From contig CAYGGC010000007.1 of NCBI GenBank assembly GCA_964349465.1, positions 1-58,669 of the forward strand: a DNA stretch of 58,669 nucleotides. Reading direction: 5' to 3'. Positions 34,712 through 43,792 of this stretch are shown piece after piece. This DNA comes from an uncultured Gammaproteobacteria bacterium (lineage in GTDB: Bacteria > Patescibacteriota > Patescibacteriia > SBBC01 > CAIJZX01). The notes under the pieces were generated by a model that made no database searches, was not told the DNA's origin, and was given only the letters and a program-made list of their open reading frames with translations. The position numbers and the translations under genes are program-made. The number at the start of each line of letters is the position of its first letter. Position 1 is the first letter of the stretch.

Positions 34712-35389
34712 CTAGCGCGGCGCTTCGCCACGGGGTGGTCCAAGGACCTCGACCGTCAGCCGTTTCAGGCCCCAGTTCTCCGCGTGGCGGACATGGAGCA
34801 GCCAGAGGTCAATGCGATTCCCGAATTTCGGGGCGGTTTCGTCCTCGACACGGAAGACGACGGTGTTGAACGGCGCAGGCGCGTCCGGGAGCCGAAAGAG
34901 CGTGCCCTTCGGTAAGAAGTTACAGGCCGCGTCCCCGAAACGGACGAGGTGATTCTTGCGAATCTCCCAGGGCGTTGAATCGGTCTGCCGGCGTTCACTG
35001 TTGTAACTCGAGACGACGATGTCTCGATAGACGCGGCGAACGGTGTAATTCGGGTTCCGCATAACCGCCGGCCCCATCGATGGATCCGGGTGCTGATATG
35101 CTTCGTGCCGCGGCGCGAGCGTATCACCGAAGGTTGGTTCCGAATCTTGGATGGGGGTTGTCCGGCTCACAACTCGCCAGCGCTGGCCATACTCATTGAG
35201 CTGGCTCGTCGACTGGGCGCCGGTTGCCGTGGTGTGCGATTCGCCTTGGGGCAGAACAACCCAGTACTGCCGCGTCAGTTGATACGACGAGTACGGAGCT
35301 CGCGTGAGTGGCGCGACAATGCGGATGCTTTGCGCGTCCGCAACTCCAGGCATCAAGCCCAAAATGAGTAGCCACATGATTCGTTTCAT
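34712..35389 (-). CDS. secreted 3D-domain protein (second copy)
   Basis: Signal peptide MKRIMWLLILGLMPGVADA, GGGAGGA Shine-Dalgarno, and VVSSYNSERRQTDSTPW...RIDLWL. Confidence 0.7.
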   Translation of the reverse strand: MKRIMWLLILGLMPGVADAQSIRIVAPLTRAPYSSYQLTRQYWVVLPQGESHTTATGAQSTSQLNEYGQRWRVVSRTTPIQDSEPTFGDTLAPRHEAYQHPDPSMGPAVMRNPNYTVRRVYRDIVVSSYNSERRQTDSTPWEIRKNHLVRFGDAACNFLPKGTLFRLPDAPAPFNTVVFRVEDETAPKFGNRIDLWLLHVRHAENWGLKRLTVEVLGPPRGEAPR

Positions 35390-35426
35390 GCACTATCCTC
35401 CCAAAGGAGTGTGAGTAGAAAGAACA

Positions 35427-35450
35427 CAGGGGTCACAATTGTGACCCCTG
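35427..35450 (-). terminator. perfect palindromic hairpin
   Basis: CAGGGGTCAC-AATT-GTGACCCCTG. Confidence 0.5.
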
Positions 35451-35517
35451 ATGCTAGATGAAAATGGAGAGTATGTCAACCCAGCACCCTTTTGCCATCG
35501 GCCAAAGTGGTGCTGGG

Positions 35518-36426
35518 TCAACCCCGTTGCTCGACGAGTGCTCGTTCAATTTCCTCTGCGGTCTCGCGCAGCGGGCCGACGTAGTTGAGCTTGAGACTGG
35601 CCGCCATAGCCGCGTAGTGACCAGCCTCGGCGGCGGAATCTGTTTCCATCCGCTTCGCGAGGTAGGCACCAATGAAGGTGTCGCCGGCGCCGGTTGGGTC
35701 AACGAGCTGGCGAGGGGCATAGGCGGGAATATCAAACCCTTCGTTTGTCTCAGCGAGGTAGATAAACGCTCCGCGGCTCCCCTGGGTGACAATAATTTCT
35801 CGTGGCCCTTGATCAGCGAGGTCGCGCGCCAGAGATAAGACGCTTTCGCCGTTGGCGAGCGGGACAGCGATATCTTCCTCGGAAAAAAATACCGTTTCAA
35901 CGTGCTTGAGGAATTCGGCTTGTCGCGGCCAGGGCCAGCGTGGTTGAAGAGTACCGTCGTCGCTGAGTGTCCGGAAACATTTACCGATATTAACACTCAC
36001 TTTAATCCCTAAGTCATGGGCGAGATAATTGACCGTGGCCAGCGAGATCTTTTCTTCAAGATCGGGCGCGAGCAACACCCCGTCACTCTCGGCGATCGTG
36101 GCGCGCATTGATTCGTCGAGATCCTGTGGCTCAATGGGTGTGCGGTCGAGCTTCGTGGTCGCGATCGTCGTATCGCCTTGGTGAATATTCGTATTAACTG
36201 TCCCCGTCGCCATGGGGATGGTTTGGATCGTAACCGGGTAGTCGTAGAGTGACGCAAGGAGTTCCTGGTCTTCCGCTGGAAGCCAGGTAATCAGTGACAC
36301 ATCAACCTCGCCGCGAGCTGCCGCGGCGGCCATGAAGAGTCCTTTGCCGCCAACGGATTCGCTGGCGGTTCCGTTTGGGAGAATATTTTTATCGCGACAA
36401 AGATATCCGAAAATGGTTAAACGCAT
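35518..36426 (-). CDS. PfkB-family carbohydrate/nucleoside kinase
   Basis: DPTGAGDTFIGAYLA signature and N-terminal GG motif (SVGGKGL). Confidence 0.85.
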   Translation of the reverse strand: MRLTIFGYLCRDKNILPNGTASESVGGKGLFMAAAAARGEVDVSLITWLPAEDQELLASLYDYPVTIQTIPMATGTVNTNIHQGDTTIATTKLDRTPIEPQDLDESMRATIAESDGVLLAPDLEEKISLATVNYLAHDLGIKVSVNIGKCFRTLSDDGTLQPRWPWPRQAEFLKHVETVFFSEEDIAVPLANGESVLSLARDLADQGPREIIVTQGSRGAFIYLAETNEGFDIPAYAPRQLVDPTGAGDTFIGAYLAKRMETDSAAEAGHYAAMAASLKLNYVGPLRETAEEIERALVEQRG

Positions 36427-36430
36427 ATAA

Positions 36431-37063
36431 TTACTTGCGACGGGAGATAAGTCGGCGGATCGTCGCGCGGAGTGACTGTCGACGCTCAGGGGTTTTTATC
36501 ATTTCTAAAATCCCTGGTGCAATTGACAGGAGGATGATGACCGCTAGTACCGGTAATAAATATCGGTCGATGCCGGGAACTGTTCCACCAAGCCAAAAAC
36601 CGAGGAATGGCATGCCGAGTCCCCAGATCGTGCCGCCGATAATATTGTAGGAAAGAAATTTTCGATATGACATCTCACCCATACCAGCGACGATTGGTGC
36701 GAAGGTTCGGACCACCGGCACGAAACGAGCAATGATAATCGTTTTGCCGCCGTGCTTCGCATAAAATTGTTCGGCGCGATGGAGGTTTTCTTTTTTGAAA
36801 AAACGTGAGTCTGGTCGGTCAAACAGGCGACGGCCCCAGCGGTGCCCGAAGGCATAGCCAACACTATCACCGGTTACGGCGGCGATCCAGCAAATTCCGG
36901 CCATCAGCGTGATGTCAAAGAATCCCTGGGAGGCGAGGAACCCGGCGGTGAAGAGGAGCGAGTCGCCCGGCAGGAAAAAACCAATCAGGAGTCCGCTTTC
37001 GGCAAAAACAATTGCCCCAACACCGAGATAGCCAACGGATTGAACGAGGGTTTCGAGAGTCAT
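36431..37063 (-). CDS. DedA/VTT-domain membrane protein
   Basis: FAESGLLIGFFLPGDSLLFTAG motif. Confidence 0.85.
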   Translation of the reverse strand: MTLETLVQSVGYLGVGAIVFAESGLLIGFFLPGDSLLFTAGFLASQGFFDITLMAGICWIAAVTGDSVGYAFGHRWGRRLFDRPDSRFFKKENLHRAEQFYAKHGGKTIIIARFVPVVRTFAPIVAGMGEMSYRKFLSYNIIGGTIWGLGMPFLGFWLGGTVPGIDRYLLPVLAVIILLSIAPGILEMIKTPERRQSLRATIRRLISRRK

Positions 37064-37142
37064 AGAAAATTGAGGATCAACAGCGTTCGTGATAAACTAG
37101 ATTCAAAGTATACTTGATTTTTCTCTATCATTCAATAAACGT

Positions 37143-37673
37143 ATGTCTAGTTCATCACATCGTTACCGACCATCGTGGGATGATTATTTTATGGCGATAG
37201 CGCGAATTGTGGCGACGAGGAGCACTTGCGACCGACTAGAATCGGGTGCGATTCTGGTTAAGAATAAACGGATTATTTCCTCTGGGTACGTTGGTTCGCC
37301 ACCTGGTCTCCCACATTGCGATGATGTCGGGCATTTAATGGAAGAAGGTCATTGTGTTCGAACCATTCACGGTGAACATAATGCTATCTTGCAAGCCGCG
37401 ACAGCACCTGGAGCCTCAACCGAAGGTTCAACCATGTATACAAAATATACTCCTTGCATTCATTGTTCAAAATATGTGGTGGCGGCGGGAGTAACGCGGG
37501 TTGTCGCCGGAAAAATTTACCGCAACACAAAAGCTGTTGAATATTTACGACAGGCCGGTATCACGGTTGATATTTACGAACGAAATCCAGAATGGGACGC
37601 ACGATTGATTGAGGTATTTTCGAAGGACATCGATGTTCGTCAACCAAAAGAAGGCGACGTTGAGGTTGGATAA
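37143..37673 (+). CDS. dCMP deaminase (ComEB-type cytidine/deoxycytidylate deaminase)
   Basis: HGEHNA and PCIHCSK zinc motifs. Confidence 0.85.
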   Translation: MSSSSHRYRPSWDDYFMAIARIVATRSTCDRLESGAILVKNKRIISSGYVGSPPGLPHCDDVGHLMEEGHCVRTIHGEHNAILQAATAPGASTEGSTMYTKYTPCIHCSKYVVAAGVTRVVAGKIYRNTKAVEYLRQAGITVDIYERNPEWDARLIEVFSKDIDVRQPKEGDVEVG

Positions 37674-37900
37674 AATATCGCCGAGTTGATGGCTCGTAGA
37701 CGCTGATGTGAAGAAGGGTGTGGCGGCTTGAATGGTGCTTCTGCATCCATCCAGAAGCGCTGTCTTTGTGTCGAGATACTTAATAACTGGCAACCCATGA
37801 AGGCTTTTTTGGTGTATACTAGAAGAGTTAGGTATAGTTTCGATGGATTTCCTATGGATTATCATACGATCTCAAACAAACGAAAGGAGGTGAAACAACA

Positions 37901-38146
37901 ATGAAAATGTCTCCTCTCGACAAAGTGGGAATGTTACTCCTCATGATTGGTGGTTTAAACTGGGGTCTTGTCGGTTTTTTCGATTATAACCTCGTCGGAT
38001 CAATTTTTGGCGATGACTCCATGATCGCTCGCGTTGTCTACGGACTCGTCGGCCTCGCCGCGGTTTGGTCACTCGTGAAGATGTTTGCCATGATGGGCGG
38101 TGAAAAAAAGAGTACCCCGTCAATGCCAACACAACCAGGAATGTAA
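37901..38146 (+). CDS. DUF378-family small membrane protein
   Basis: AAAGGAGGTG Shine-Dalgarno and IGGLNWGLVGFFDYNLV. Confidence 0.8.
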   Translation: MKMSPLDKVGMLLLMIGGLNWGLVGFFDYNLVGSIFGDDSMIARVVYGLVGLAAVWSLVKMFAMMGGEKKSTPSMPTQPGM

Positions 38147-38159
38147 ATTTCCCAGGTGC

Positions 38160-38190
38160 AAAAAACGCTCCGTTCATCGGAGCGTTTTTG
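38160..38190. terminator. bidirectional intrinsic terminator
   Basis: AAAAACGCTCCG-TTCAT-CGGAGCGTTTTT. Confidence 0.75.
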
Positions 38191-38943
38191 TTATTGAGGC
38201 CGGCCGATAATGAGCGGCTCGGCGGGGTTCAGGGCGTAGTGCTGAATTTCTTTGGCGGTCAGCCAGCTCTCAAGCGCGGGGGTGGAAATATCCCAACCCG
38301 CTTCACGCAGACGATCAAAGAGGTCGCGGCCATAGATCCGAATATGATCGGTTTGGCCAAACCGGCGCAGGAGCTCTTGGGGGTCGGTGATGGATGGATC
38401 TTCGTCGGTCGTGGCACGGGACAGATCAACGGGAGTTTGGAGGATCGCCCAACCACCGGATTTCAAAATGCGGCGCACTTCGCGCATGGCTTGAAGATCG
38501 TTCGGGATATGCTCAAAGACGTGATTACAAAAAGCGACATCGAACGATTCATCGGTTAACTCCAATTTTGTCACATCCATTTTTTTCATCGCCAAGGGCG
38601 ACACTAAATCAATCGAGAGATAGTCGAGGTTGGCGAGCGCATGAAGCTTGCGTTGCATAAATTCTTCTGGGGCGACATCGAGAACCGAAAGGTTGGCCGA
38701 CAGAAAATTCGTTTGGCGCTGGAGATAGAGCCACACCATCCGATGGCGTTCAAGCGAGCCGCAATTTGGGCAACGCGCATTTGGGCGTTTCGCTACTCCA
38801 GCTGGGAGGAAACGAGAAAAACTATGATCACAGCACGGGCAGGTGACCACCGTCCCACGCATCGTCAGCGCCCGGGCACGTTCAAACAGCCGTCGAAGAC
38901 GGTAGCGGAGTCCGCCGGGAGTGAGTTGCTGAACCGAAGGCAT
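38191..38943 (-). CDS. class I SAM-dependent methyltransferase with N-terminal Cys4 zinc ribbon
   Basis: CPCC...CPNC, VLDVAPEE and FCNHVFEHIPND...LKSGGWAIL. Confidence 0.75.
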   Translation of the reverse strand: MPSVQQLTPGGLRYRLRRLFERARALTMRGTVVTCPCCDHSFSRFLPAGVAKRPNARCPNCGSLERHRMVWLYLQRQTNFLSANLSVLDVAPEEFMQRKLHALANLDYLSIDLVSPLAMKKMDVTKLELTDESFDVAFCNHVFEHIPNDLQAMREVRRILKSGGWAILQTPVDLSRATTDEDPSITDPQELLRRFGQTDHIRIYGRDLFDRLREAGWDISTPALESWLTAKEIQHYALNPAEPLIIGRPQ

Positions 38944-38954
38944 AAATATTTTTT

Positions 38955-38976
38955 TGGAGCGGGTAAGGGGAATCGA
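38955..38976 (-). repeat. 22-bp copy of the tRNA-Gly(TCC) 3' end
   Basis: TGGAGCGGGTAAGGGGAATCGA, identical to 39113-39134. Confidence 0.85.
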
Positions 38977-39112
38977 TCCATGGGCAGCGGCGACTTGTCA
39001 CTGGCAACTCGCCGGACGTTCTCCCGCTATACGGCGTGATCACTCCTGCCCTTCGATTCCGAATACTGGATGAGCGCTGGACTGCTTACGTAAAAATTAT
39101 TATTTGTATATG

Positions 39113-39186
39113 TGGAGCGGGTAAGGGGAATCGAACCCCTGGCAACAGCTTGGAAAGCTGTGGTATTACCATTATACGATACCCGC
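39113..39186 (-). tRNA. tRNA-Gly(TCC), CCA encoded
   Basis: Minus-strand fold: GCGGGTA acceptor, ACAGC-TTTCCAA-GCTGT anticodon arm, AGGGG-TTCGATT-CCCCT T-arm. Confidence 0.9.
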
Positions 39187-39193
39187 ATGAAAA

Positions 39194-39222
39194 ACTTTAC
39201 TTTTTATGTGAAGAGTTTTGAA
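39194..39222 (-). promoter_or_regulatory. promoter directly abutting tRNA-Gly(TCC)
   Basis: Minus strand: TTCAAA-17 nt-TAAAGT, then 7 nt to the mature 5' G. Confidence 0.45.
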
Positions 39223-39290
39223 CTATCGACGACCGGTGAGCGACGGCCCCTCGCTGCGCTCGTAGCACCGTCGCTCCCGTCTCGTCCCAC

Positions 39291-39313
39291 GAAAAGCCAA
39301 GTAGTTGGCTTTT
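39291..39313. terminator. hairpin AAAAGCCAA-GTAG-TTGGCTTTT
   Basis: Perfect 9-bp stem with flanking A/T runs. Confidence 0.5.
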
Positions 39314-39368
39314 CTTGTGGACTCGACCAATGATATGATACCCGCAGGCGCGATCGAGTATAGCGTAT

Positions 39369-39638
39369 CTAGTCGCGCACTTCAAGTCCCGGATAAGGGG
39401 GATTGTTTTCGTATAGTCGGCGTCGATCGCGAGTGTAAATAAATACGGAAACCATAACAATCAGTCCAAGGCCGAGAAACATCAGCGACCAAAAAGCAAT
39501 CGTCAGGAAGAAGGAAATTCCTATTGACGCTAACGCCAAAATAATTACAATCGTCCCGGGAAGAACCCGGCCGTGGCGTTGTCGAAGCACGGTCGCTCGG
39601 CGAGCCAGCAGGAAGGTCACCAGTTGTCGTTGGCTCAT
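39369..39638 (-). CDS. small two-TM membrane protein
   Basis: 89 aa. Start overlaps the upstream ATL gene stop (4-nt ATGA overlap). Confidence 0.5.
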   Translation of the reverse strand: MSQRQLVTFLLARRATVLRQRHGRVLPGTIVIILALASIGISFFLTIAFWSLMFLGLGLIVMVSVFIYTRDRRRLYENNPPYPGLEVRD

Positions 39639-40000
39639 ACAGAATGAAGGTTAGCCGACTGATTGTTGTATAGCGTAGGACGCCAGCCGTAGGTTTTCAA
39701 GTCGACATAAAAATTTCCTTCACGGAGCATTACATCAACACCTTCAGATCGCAAGACATCGGCCTGCAAGGATTTTGGGACACTCATACTCTCAATCGAA
39801 ATCATACCCGCTTGATTAATGACGCGTTGCCAAGGAATTTTTGAATTTGGCTTAAGCGTTCGCAAGGCCCAACCGACAATACGGGCCGACCGAGGCGAAC
39901 CACAAAGCGTTGCGATTTGCCCATAGGTTGCGACTTTGCCTTTCGGGATACGTCGGACTTGGGTGTAAATACGGAAATAGAGGTTTTGACCGCGGGGCAT
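39635..40000 (-). CDS. alkyltransferase-like (ATL) protein, MGMT DNA-binding fold without the acceptor Cys
   Basis: YGQIATLCGSPRSARIVGWAL helix-turn-helix. PWQRV replaces the PCHRV active site. Confidence 0.75.
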   Translation of the reverse strand: MPRGQNLYFRIYTQVRRIPKGKVATYGQIATLCGSPRSARIVGWALRTLKPNSKIPWQRVINQAGMISIESMSVPKSLQADVLRSEGVDVMLREGNFYVDLKTYGWRPTLYNNQSANLHSV

Positions 40001-40014
40001 ATATATAGTGTAAC

Positions 40015-40044
40015 AAAAAATCCTCCGTTGCGGACAACGGAGGA
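40015..40044 (-). terminator. intrinsic terminator
   Basis: TCCTCCGTTG-CGGA-CAACGGAGGA with a T6 tail on the minus strand. Confidence 0.75.
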
Positions 40045-40051
40045 GGAGGGG

Positions 40052-41449
40052 CTAGTCGGCGGCGCCGACCGTAGCGGTTGAGGTGTTGTTCTGACTGCGC
40101 CTCAGAATGGTGGCCAAGATTGGCGGTGTCAGGAGGGTCGTCAGGATAACCATCACTACAATGATCGAGAAGAGCCGTTCGTCGATCACGCCGAGTTGAC
40201 GGCCGATCGCAGCAAAGATCAAACCGACCTCACCGCGTGGCACCATGCCCCAAGCCACCTGCCACTTGTTGACCGGTCCGGCGACGACACCCGCGACGAG
40301 CTTCGTGACGAAGGCGAGAGCCGTGATTACCAGCGCGACTCCAAGGATGCTGGGATCGGCCAGTGTCTCGAGTCGAACGTTCATGCCAGTCATGACGAAG
40401 AACAAGGGGACAAAGATCGCGCCGATCGGTTCGATCAAATCCTCAACGTGACGGTGTGCGTAGTGACGAACCGCGGTTCGCAACTTTTCCTTTGTCGTCG
40501 GCGCGGCGTGTTCGCTGATCTGTCGGAGCTCACGAATAATTGCCGGGTCGTCGAAATGTCGGAAGTGAACAGGGTCAAGTACGAGACCCGCCGCGAACGC
40601 GCCGACGATCGGCGCAAGGCCAATCTGTTCAGCGATCCAGGCGACGATCAGAAAGAATCCGAAAGCCAGAGTCAGTTTCATCCCTGGACCTGAATTGACG
40701 CGAGACAGGAGCCAGCCCAAGCGTGGCGCGAGCAACTGACCAAGTACGATCGCGCCGGTCAGAAAAGCCAGGGCTTTGCCAGCGATCAATGCGATCGTAA
40801 CGAGACTGACGCTGCCGGATGTCACGATGGCCGAGACGACGGCCAAAATAACGAGACCCATCACATCGTCGATGACGGCGGCGCCGAGCACAATCTGCGC
40901 TTCCGGCGTGCCGAGTCGGCCGAGATCTTTGAACACCCGGGCCGTGATGCCGACTGATGTGGCTGTCAGTGCCGCGCCTAGAAAGAGGTAGGTATTCGAT
41001 GAGAGACCGGGTAAAACTATTGGGCCAACGACCCATGTTCCAAGGATGAACGGGGCGACGACGCCGACCGTCGCGACGGCGAGGGCGCGAAGGCCAACTC
41101 GCCGCATCCGTTTAACGTTTGATTCCAGACCAATCGTGAACAGGAGGATACCGACTCCGAGTTCAGCGAGGAATTTCAGAATTTCATCATGCCGCATCGG
41201 TTCGAAGGCTGTGATTCCGACTAGCGCGAGATTTCCGAGCAGGACGCCGGCGACCAGTTCGCCGAGCACGGCTGGCTGTTTCCAGCGCTCGATCAGGCTC
41301 GCGCAACGGGCGACAAGCAGGAGAACGGCGATGGCGAGGAACGTCGGGCCGACGGTCCGGTGGCCAGCTTCGGCACCAAACGCGGTAACCGGCCACAAAG
41401 CCAAAAGCCCAATCAACCACCAGGAACATGTACTGAACCATTGGATCAT
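40052..41449 (-). CDS. cation:proton antiporter (CPA2/Kef-NapA type)
   Basis: 465 aa with about 12 hydrophobic segments and the Na_H_Exchanger pattern. Confidence 0.8.
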   Translation of the reverse strand: MIQWFSTCSWWLIGLLALWPVTAFGAEAGHRTVGPTFLAIAVLLLVARCASLIERWKQPAVLGELVAGVLLGNLALVGITAFEPMRHDEILKFLAELGVGILLFTIGLESNVKRMRRVGLRALAVATVGVVAPFILGTWVVGPIVLPGLSSNTYLFLGAALTATSVGITARVFKDLGRLGTPEAQIVLGAAVIDDVMGLVILAVVSAIVTSGSVSLVTIALIAGKALAFLTGAIVLGQLLAPRLGWLLSRVNSGPGMKLTLAFGFFLIVAWIAEQIGLAPIVGAFAAGLVLDPVHFRHFDDPAIIRELRQISEHAAPTTKEKLRTAVRHYAHRHVEDLIEPIGAIFVPLFFVMTGMNVRLETLADPSILGVALVITALAFVTKLVAGVVAGPVNKWQVAWGMVPRGEVGLIFAAIGRQLGVIDERLFSIIVVMVILTTLLTPPILATILRRSQNNTSTATVGAAD

Positions 41450-41572
41450 ATTACCTCCGTGTAGGGGTTTATCGATGACGTGCGTGGAAGGTGCGGTCCA
41501 GTTCGCGAGTGTAACGCGACCAGAATGGATAGCCTACTGGGGTGCCGGAAAGTTGTCAATTTTCTTCAGCCA

Positions 41573-41601
41573 TTGACAGTTTTATTTTACCTCGTTACAC
41601 T
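41573..41601 (+). promoter_or_regulatory. sigma70-type promoter
   Basis: TTGACA-17 nt-TACACT, overlapped by the inverted repeat TTGTCAAT/ATTGACAG. Confidence 0.45.
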
Positions 41602-41634
41602 TTCTTTCCTGAATCAGACTTTTCCGCAGTCCCT

Positions 41635-42105
41635 ATGACTCCGAACTACACGGTTGCCGAGTACATGCAAACTGATGTCGTGTCGATACCCGACACGGCT
41701 ACGCTACGCGAATCAATTCGGTTAATGGTCGAAAAAAACATTAACAGCCTGGTGGTTGTTGATGCCTCATCAACGGTCGTTGGCATGTTGTCGAGCATTG
41801 ACGTTATTTCGTACGTTGTCCCAGATTATCTTGAAGAAGACAAACACCTCGCCGCTTTTGAGTCACGGGACGTTTTTGCCGAACGGGTCCAAGAAATTGG
41901 CAATCAACCGATCACCAAATCAATGAGCGCGCAGGTGAAGACAATCAAAGCATCGCACACTCTAATTGAGGCTGCTGCTTTGTTGTCTGAGCACCGTATT
42001 AATCAACTGCCGGTAGTTGATGATCACGGCAAGCTTATTGGATACATTGGCCGTTCAAGCGTCAAGAAAGCGATTGGTGACGTTTTCGCAGAACATCCAG
42101 AATAA
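41635..42105 (+). CDS. CBS-pair domain protein
   Basis: Two CBS motifs (VVSIPDTATLRESIRLM...SLVVVD and VKTIKASHTL...QLPVVD). Confidence 0.8.
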   Translation: MTPNYTVAEYMQTDVVSIPDTATLRESIRLMVEKNINSLVVVDASSTVVGMLSSIDVISYVVPDYLEEDKHLAAFESRDVFAERVQEIGNQPITKSMSAQVKTIKASHTLIEAAALLSEHRINQLPVVDDHGKLIGYIGRSSVKKAIGDVFAEHPE

Positions 42106-42109
42106 ACCC

Positions 42110-43384
42110 ATGGACACGACCTTTCTCCTCGCGGTAGGAGTTTTTCTCGCTTCGTACGCAATTATCATCTCCGAACGGATTCACCGGACCGTCGTCGCAT
42201 TAAGCGGGGCGATTTTAATGATCCTCCTTGGGATTATTAACCAAGAACACGCGATTGAAGGTGTGGATTTTAATACGCTCGGACTGTTGATTGGGATGAT
42301 GATTATTGTTGGGATCGCGAAAGATTCTGGCATGTTCCAATACGTCGCGATTTGGGTGTCGAAACTCGGTCGAGGAAAACCGGTCCCGATTTTTATGTTG
42401 CTGACACTGACGATTGCGCTTTTCTCTGCGTTACTTGATAACGTGACAACCGTATTATTGATGATTCCGGTCACGTTTGTTATCGCCAATAACTTAAAAA
42501 TTCCCCCGAAAGGTTTCCTCATCGGTGCCATTTTACTTTCAAATATTGGTGGTACCGCAACGTTGATTGGCGACCCGCCGAACATTCTCATCGGCAGCGC
42601 GGCCAACCTTTCCTTCAACGACTTTCTCATTAACCTGGCGCCAATCTCATTGGTGATTACCGCTGTGACAATTTTGATGCTCCGCTGGTGGTACCGAAAA
42701 ACGTTAGTGGCGCAACCGGGTGCGGCGGAAGCAATTATGGCCTTCAAGCCGGCCGAAGCAATTTCCGATAAAAAATTGTTAGTAAAATCGCTCATTGTCA
42801 TCGGCCTGGTACTCGCTGGCTTTGTGACACATAGCATGACACATCTGGAGGGCGCGACCATCGCCTTAGCCGGCGCGGCCTTAATGTTCCTCTTGACCAT
42901 GAACGATCCGGAGCATCATCTGAAGGAAGTGGAATGGACGACAATTTTCTTCTTTGTCGGTTTGTTTATTCTGGTGACCGGCTTGGAAGAAGTTGGGGCG
43001 ATCCGGATGATGGCTGAAAAATTACTCGAGGTAACGGGCGGCGATCCAACTGCGACTACCCTGACCGTCCTCTGGGGCTCAGCAATTTTTTCCGCGATCG
43101 TTGATAATATTCCGTTCGTCGCGACGATGATCCCCTTAATTAAAGACATTGGCGCCATCAGCGGTCTCGCCCTCGGGCCGCTATGGTGGGCGCTGGCGCT
43201 TGGTGCCGACATTGGTGGAAATGCGACGATCATCGGCGCTTCGGCGAATGTCGTCGTGAGCGGCATGGCTCATCGCGAAGGGTATAAACTGGGCTTCCTC
43301 GAGTACATGAAAGTCGCCGTGCCGATGACGGTTGTCGCCCTACTTCTCTGTACCGTCTACGTATATTTCCGTTACCTAACCTAA
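42110..43384 (+). CDS. ArsB/NhaD (SLC13/CitMHS-like) permease
   Basis: 424 aa polytopic protein. LLDNVTTVLLMIP and DNIPFVATMIP repeated-hairpin motifs. Confidence 0.8.
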   Translation: MDTTFLLAVGVFLASYAIIISERIHRTVVALSGAILMILLGIINQEHAIEGVDFNTLGLLIGMMIIVGIAKDSGMFQYVAIWVSKLGRGKPVPIFMLLTLTIALFSALLDNVTTVLLMIPVTFVIANNLKIPPKGFLIGAILLSNIGGTATLIGDPPNILIGSAANLSFNDFLINLAPISLVITAVTILMLRWWYRKTLVAQPGAAEAIMAFKPAEAISDKKLLVKSLIVIGLVLAGFVTHSMTHLEGATIALAGAALMFLLTMNDPEHHLKEVEWTTIFFFVGLFILVTGLEEVGAIRMMAEKLLEVTGGDPTATTLTVLWGSAIFSAIVDNIPFVATMIPLIKDIGAISGLALGPLWWALALGADIGGNATIIGASANVVVSGMAHREGYKLGFLEYMKVAVPMTVVALLLCTVYVYFRYLT

Positions 43385-43605
43385 CTGGCGATAAACCGAA
43401 ATCGCGGAACCTCGCGACCGTCGACCTCGACGGTTTCTTTGAACATTCTGGCCGGCCGAACCCAGATGCCGCGGTCACCGTACAGGGCCTGATAGACGAC
43501 CAGCGGTTCAAGCGTCTCGCTGTGTCGCGCAACACTTAAGACGCGATAGCGGTTGCCTTTATAGTGCTCGTACTCGCCGAGGGTAATTTCTGGTAATTCA
43601 TCCAT
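43381..43605 (-). CDS. DUF1653-family protein
   Basis: GEYEHYKGNRYRVLSVARHSETLEPLVVYQALYG pattern. Confidence 0.75.
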   Translation of the reverse strand: MDELPEITLGEYEHYKGNRYRVLSVARHSETLEPLVVYQALYGDRGIWVRPARMFKETVEVDGREVPRFRFIAS

Positions 43606-43658
43606 AGGAAAAGTGTAGCCCCCACACCAATTGTTTGCAATTGGTGTGGGGGTAGCAT

Positions 43659-43692
43659 AAAAAAACCAGCGGTCAGGCTGGTTGTGGGGTGA
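43659..43692. repeat. 34-bp repeat copy 1 (hairpin AACCAGC-6 nt-GCTGGTT plus A7)
   Basis: Identical to 44948-44981. Confidence 0.85.
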
Positions 43693-43758
43693 AGGCAGTT
43701 CAAGCACATTCGAAATTCAGTAGAAAACTTGTGTTCTAGAATCTTTCCACAGCCCTAG

Positions 43759-43786
43759 TTGACTCAAATACAACAGGGAGTATAGT
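43759..43786 (+). promoter_or_regulatory. sigma70-type promoter, leaderless configuration
   Basis: TTGACT-16 nt-TATAGT. The -10 box ends 6 nt before ATG 43793. Confidence 0.5.
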
Positions 43787-43792
43787 AAGGTC

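Noticed and set aside
38955-39027. A second tRNA gene downstream of tRNA-Gly(TCC) (acceptor GCGGGAG...TTACCCGC).
   Set aside because: It has no D-arm, a defective T-stem and an anticodon-like loop CCAGTGA with C at position 33. Only the last 22 nt match a tRNA. I interpret it as a 3'-end duplication, not a gene.
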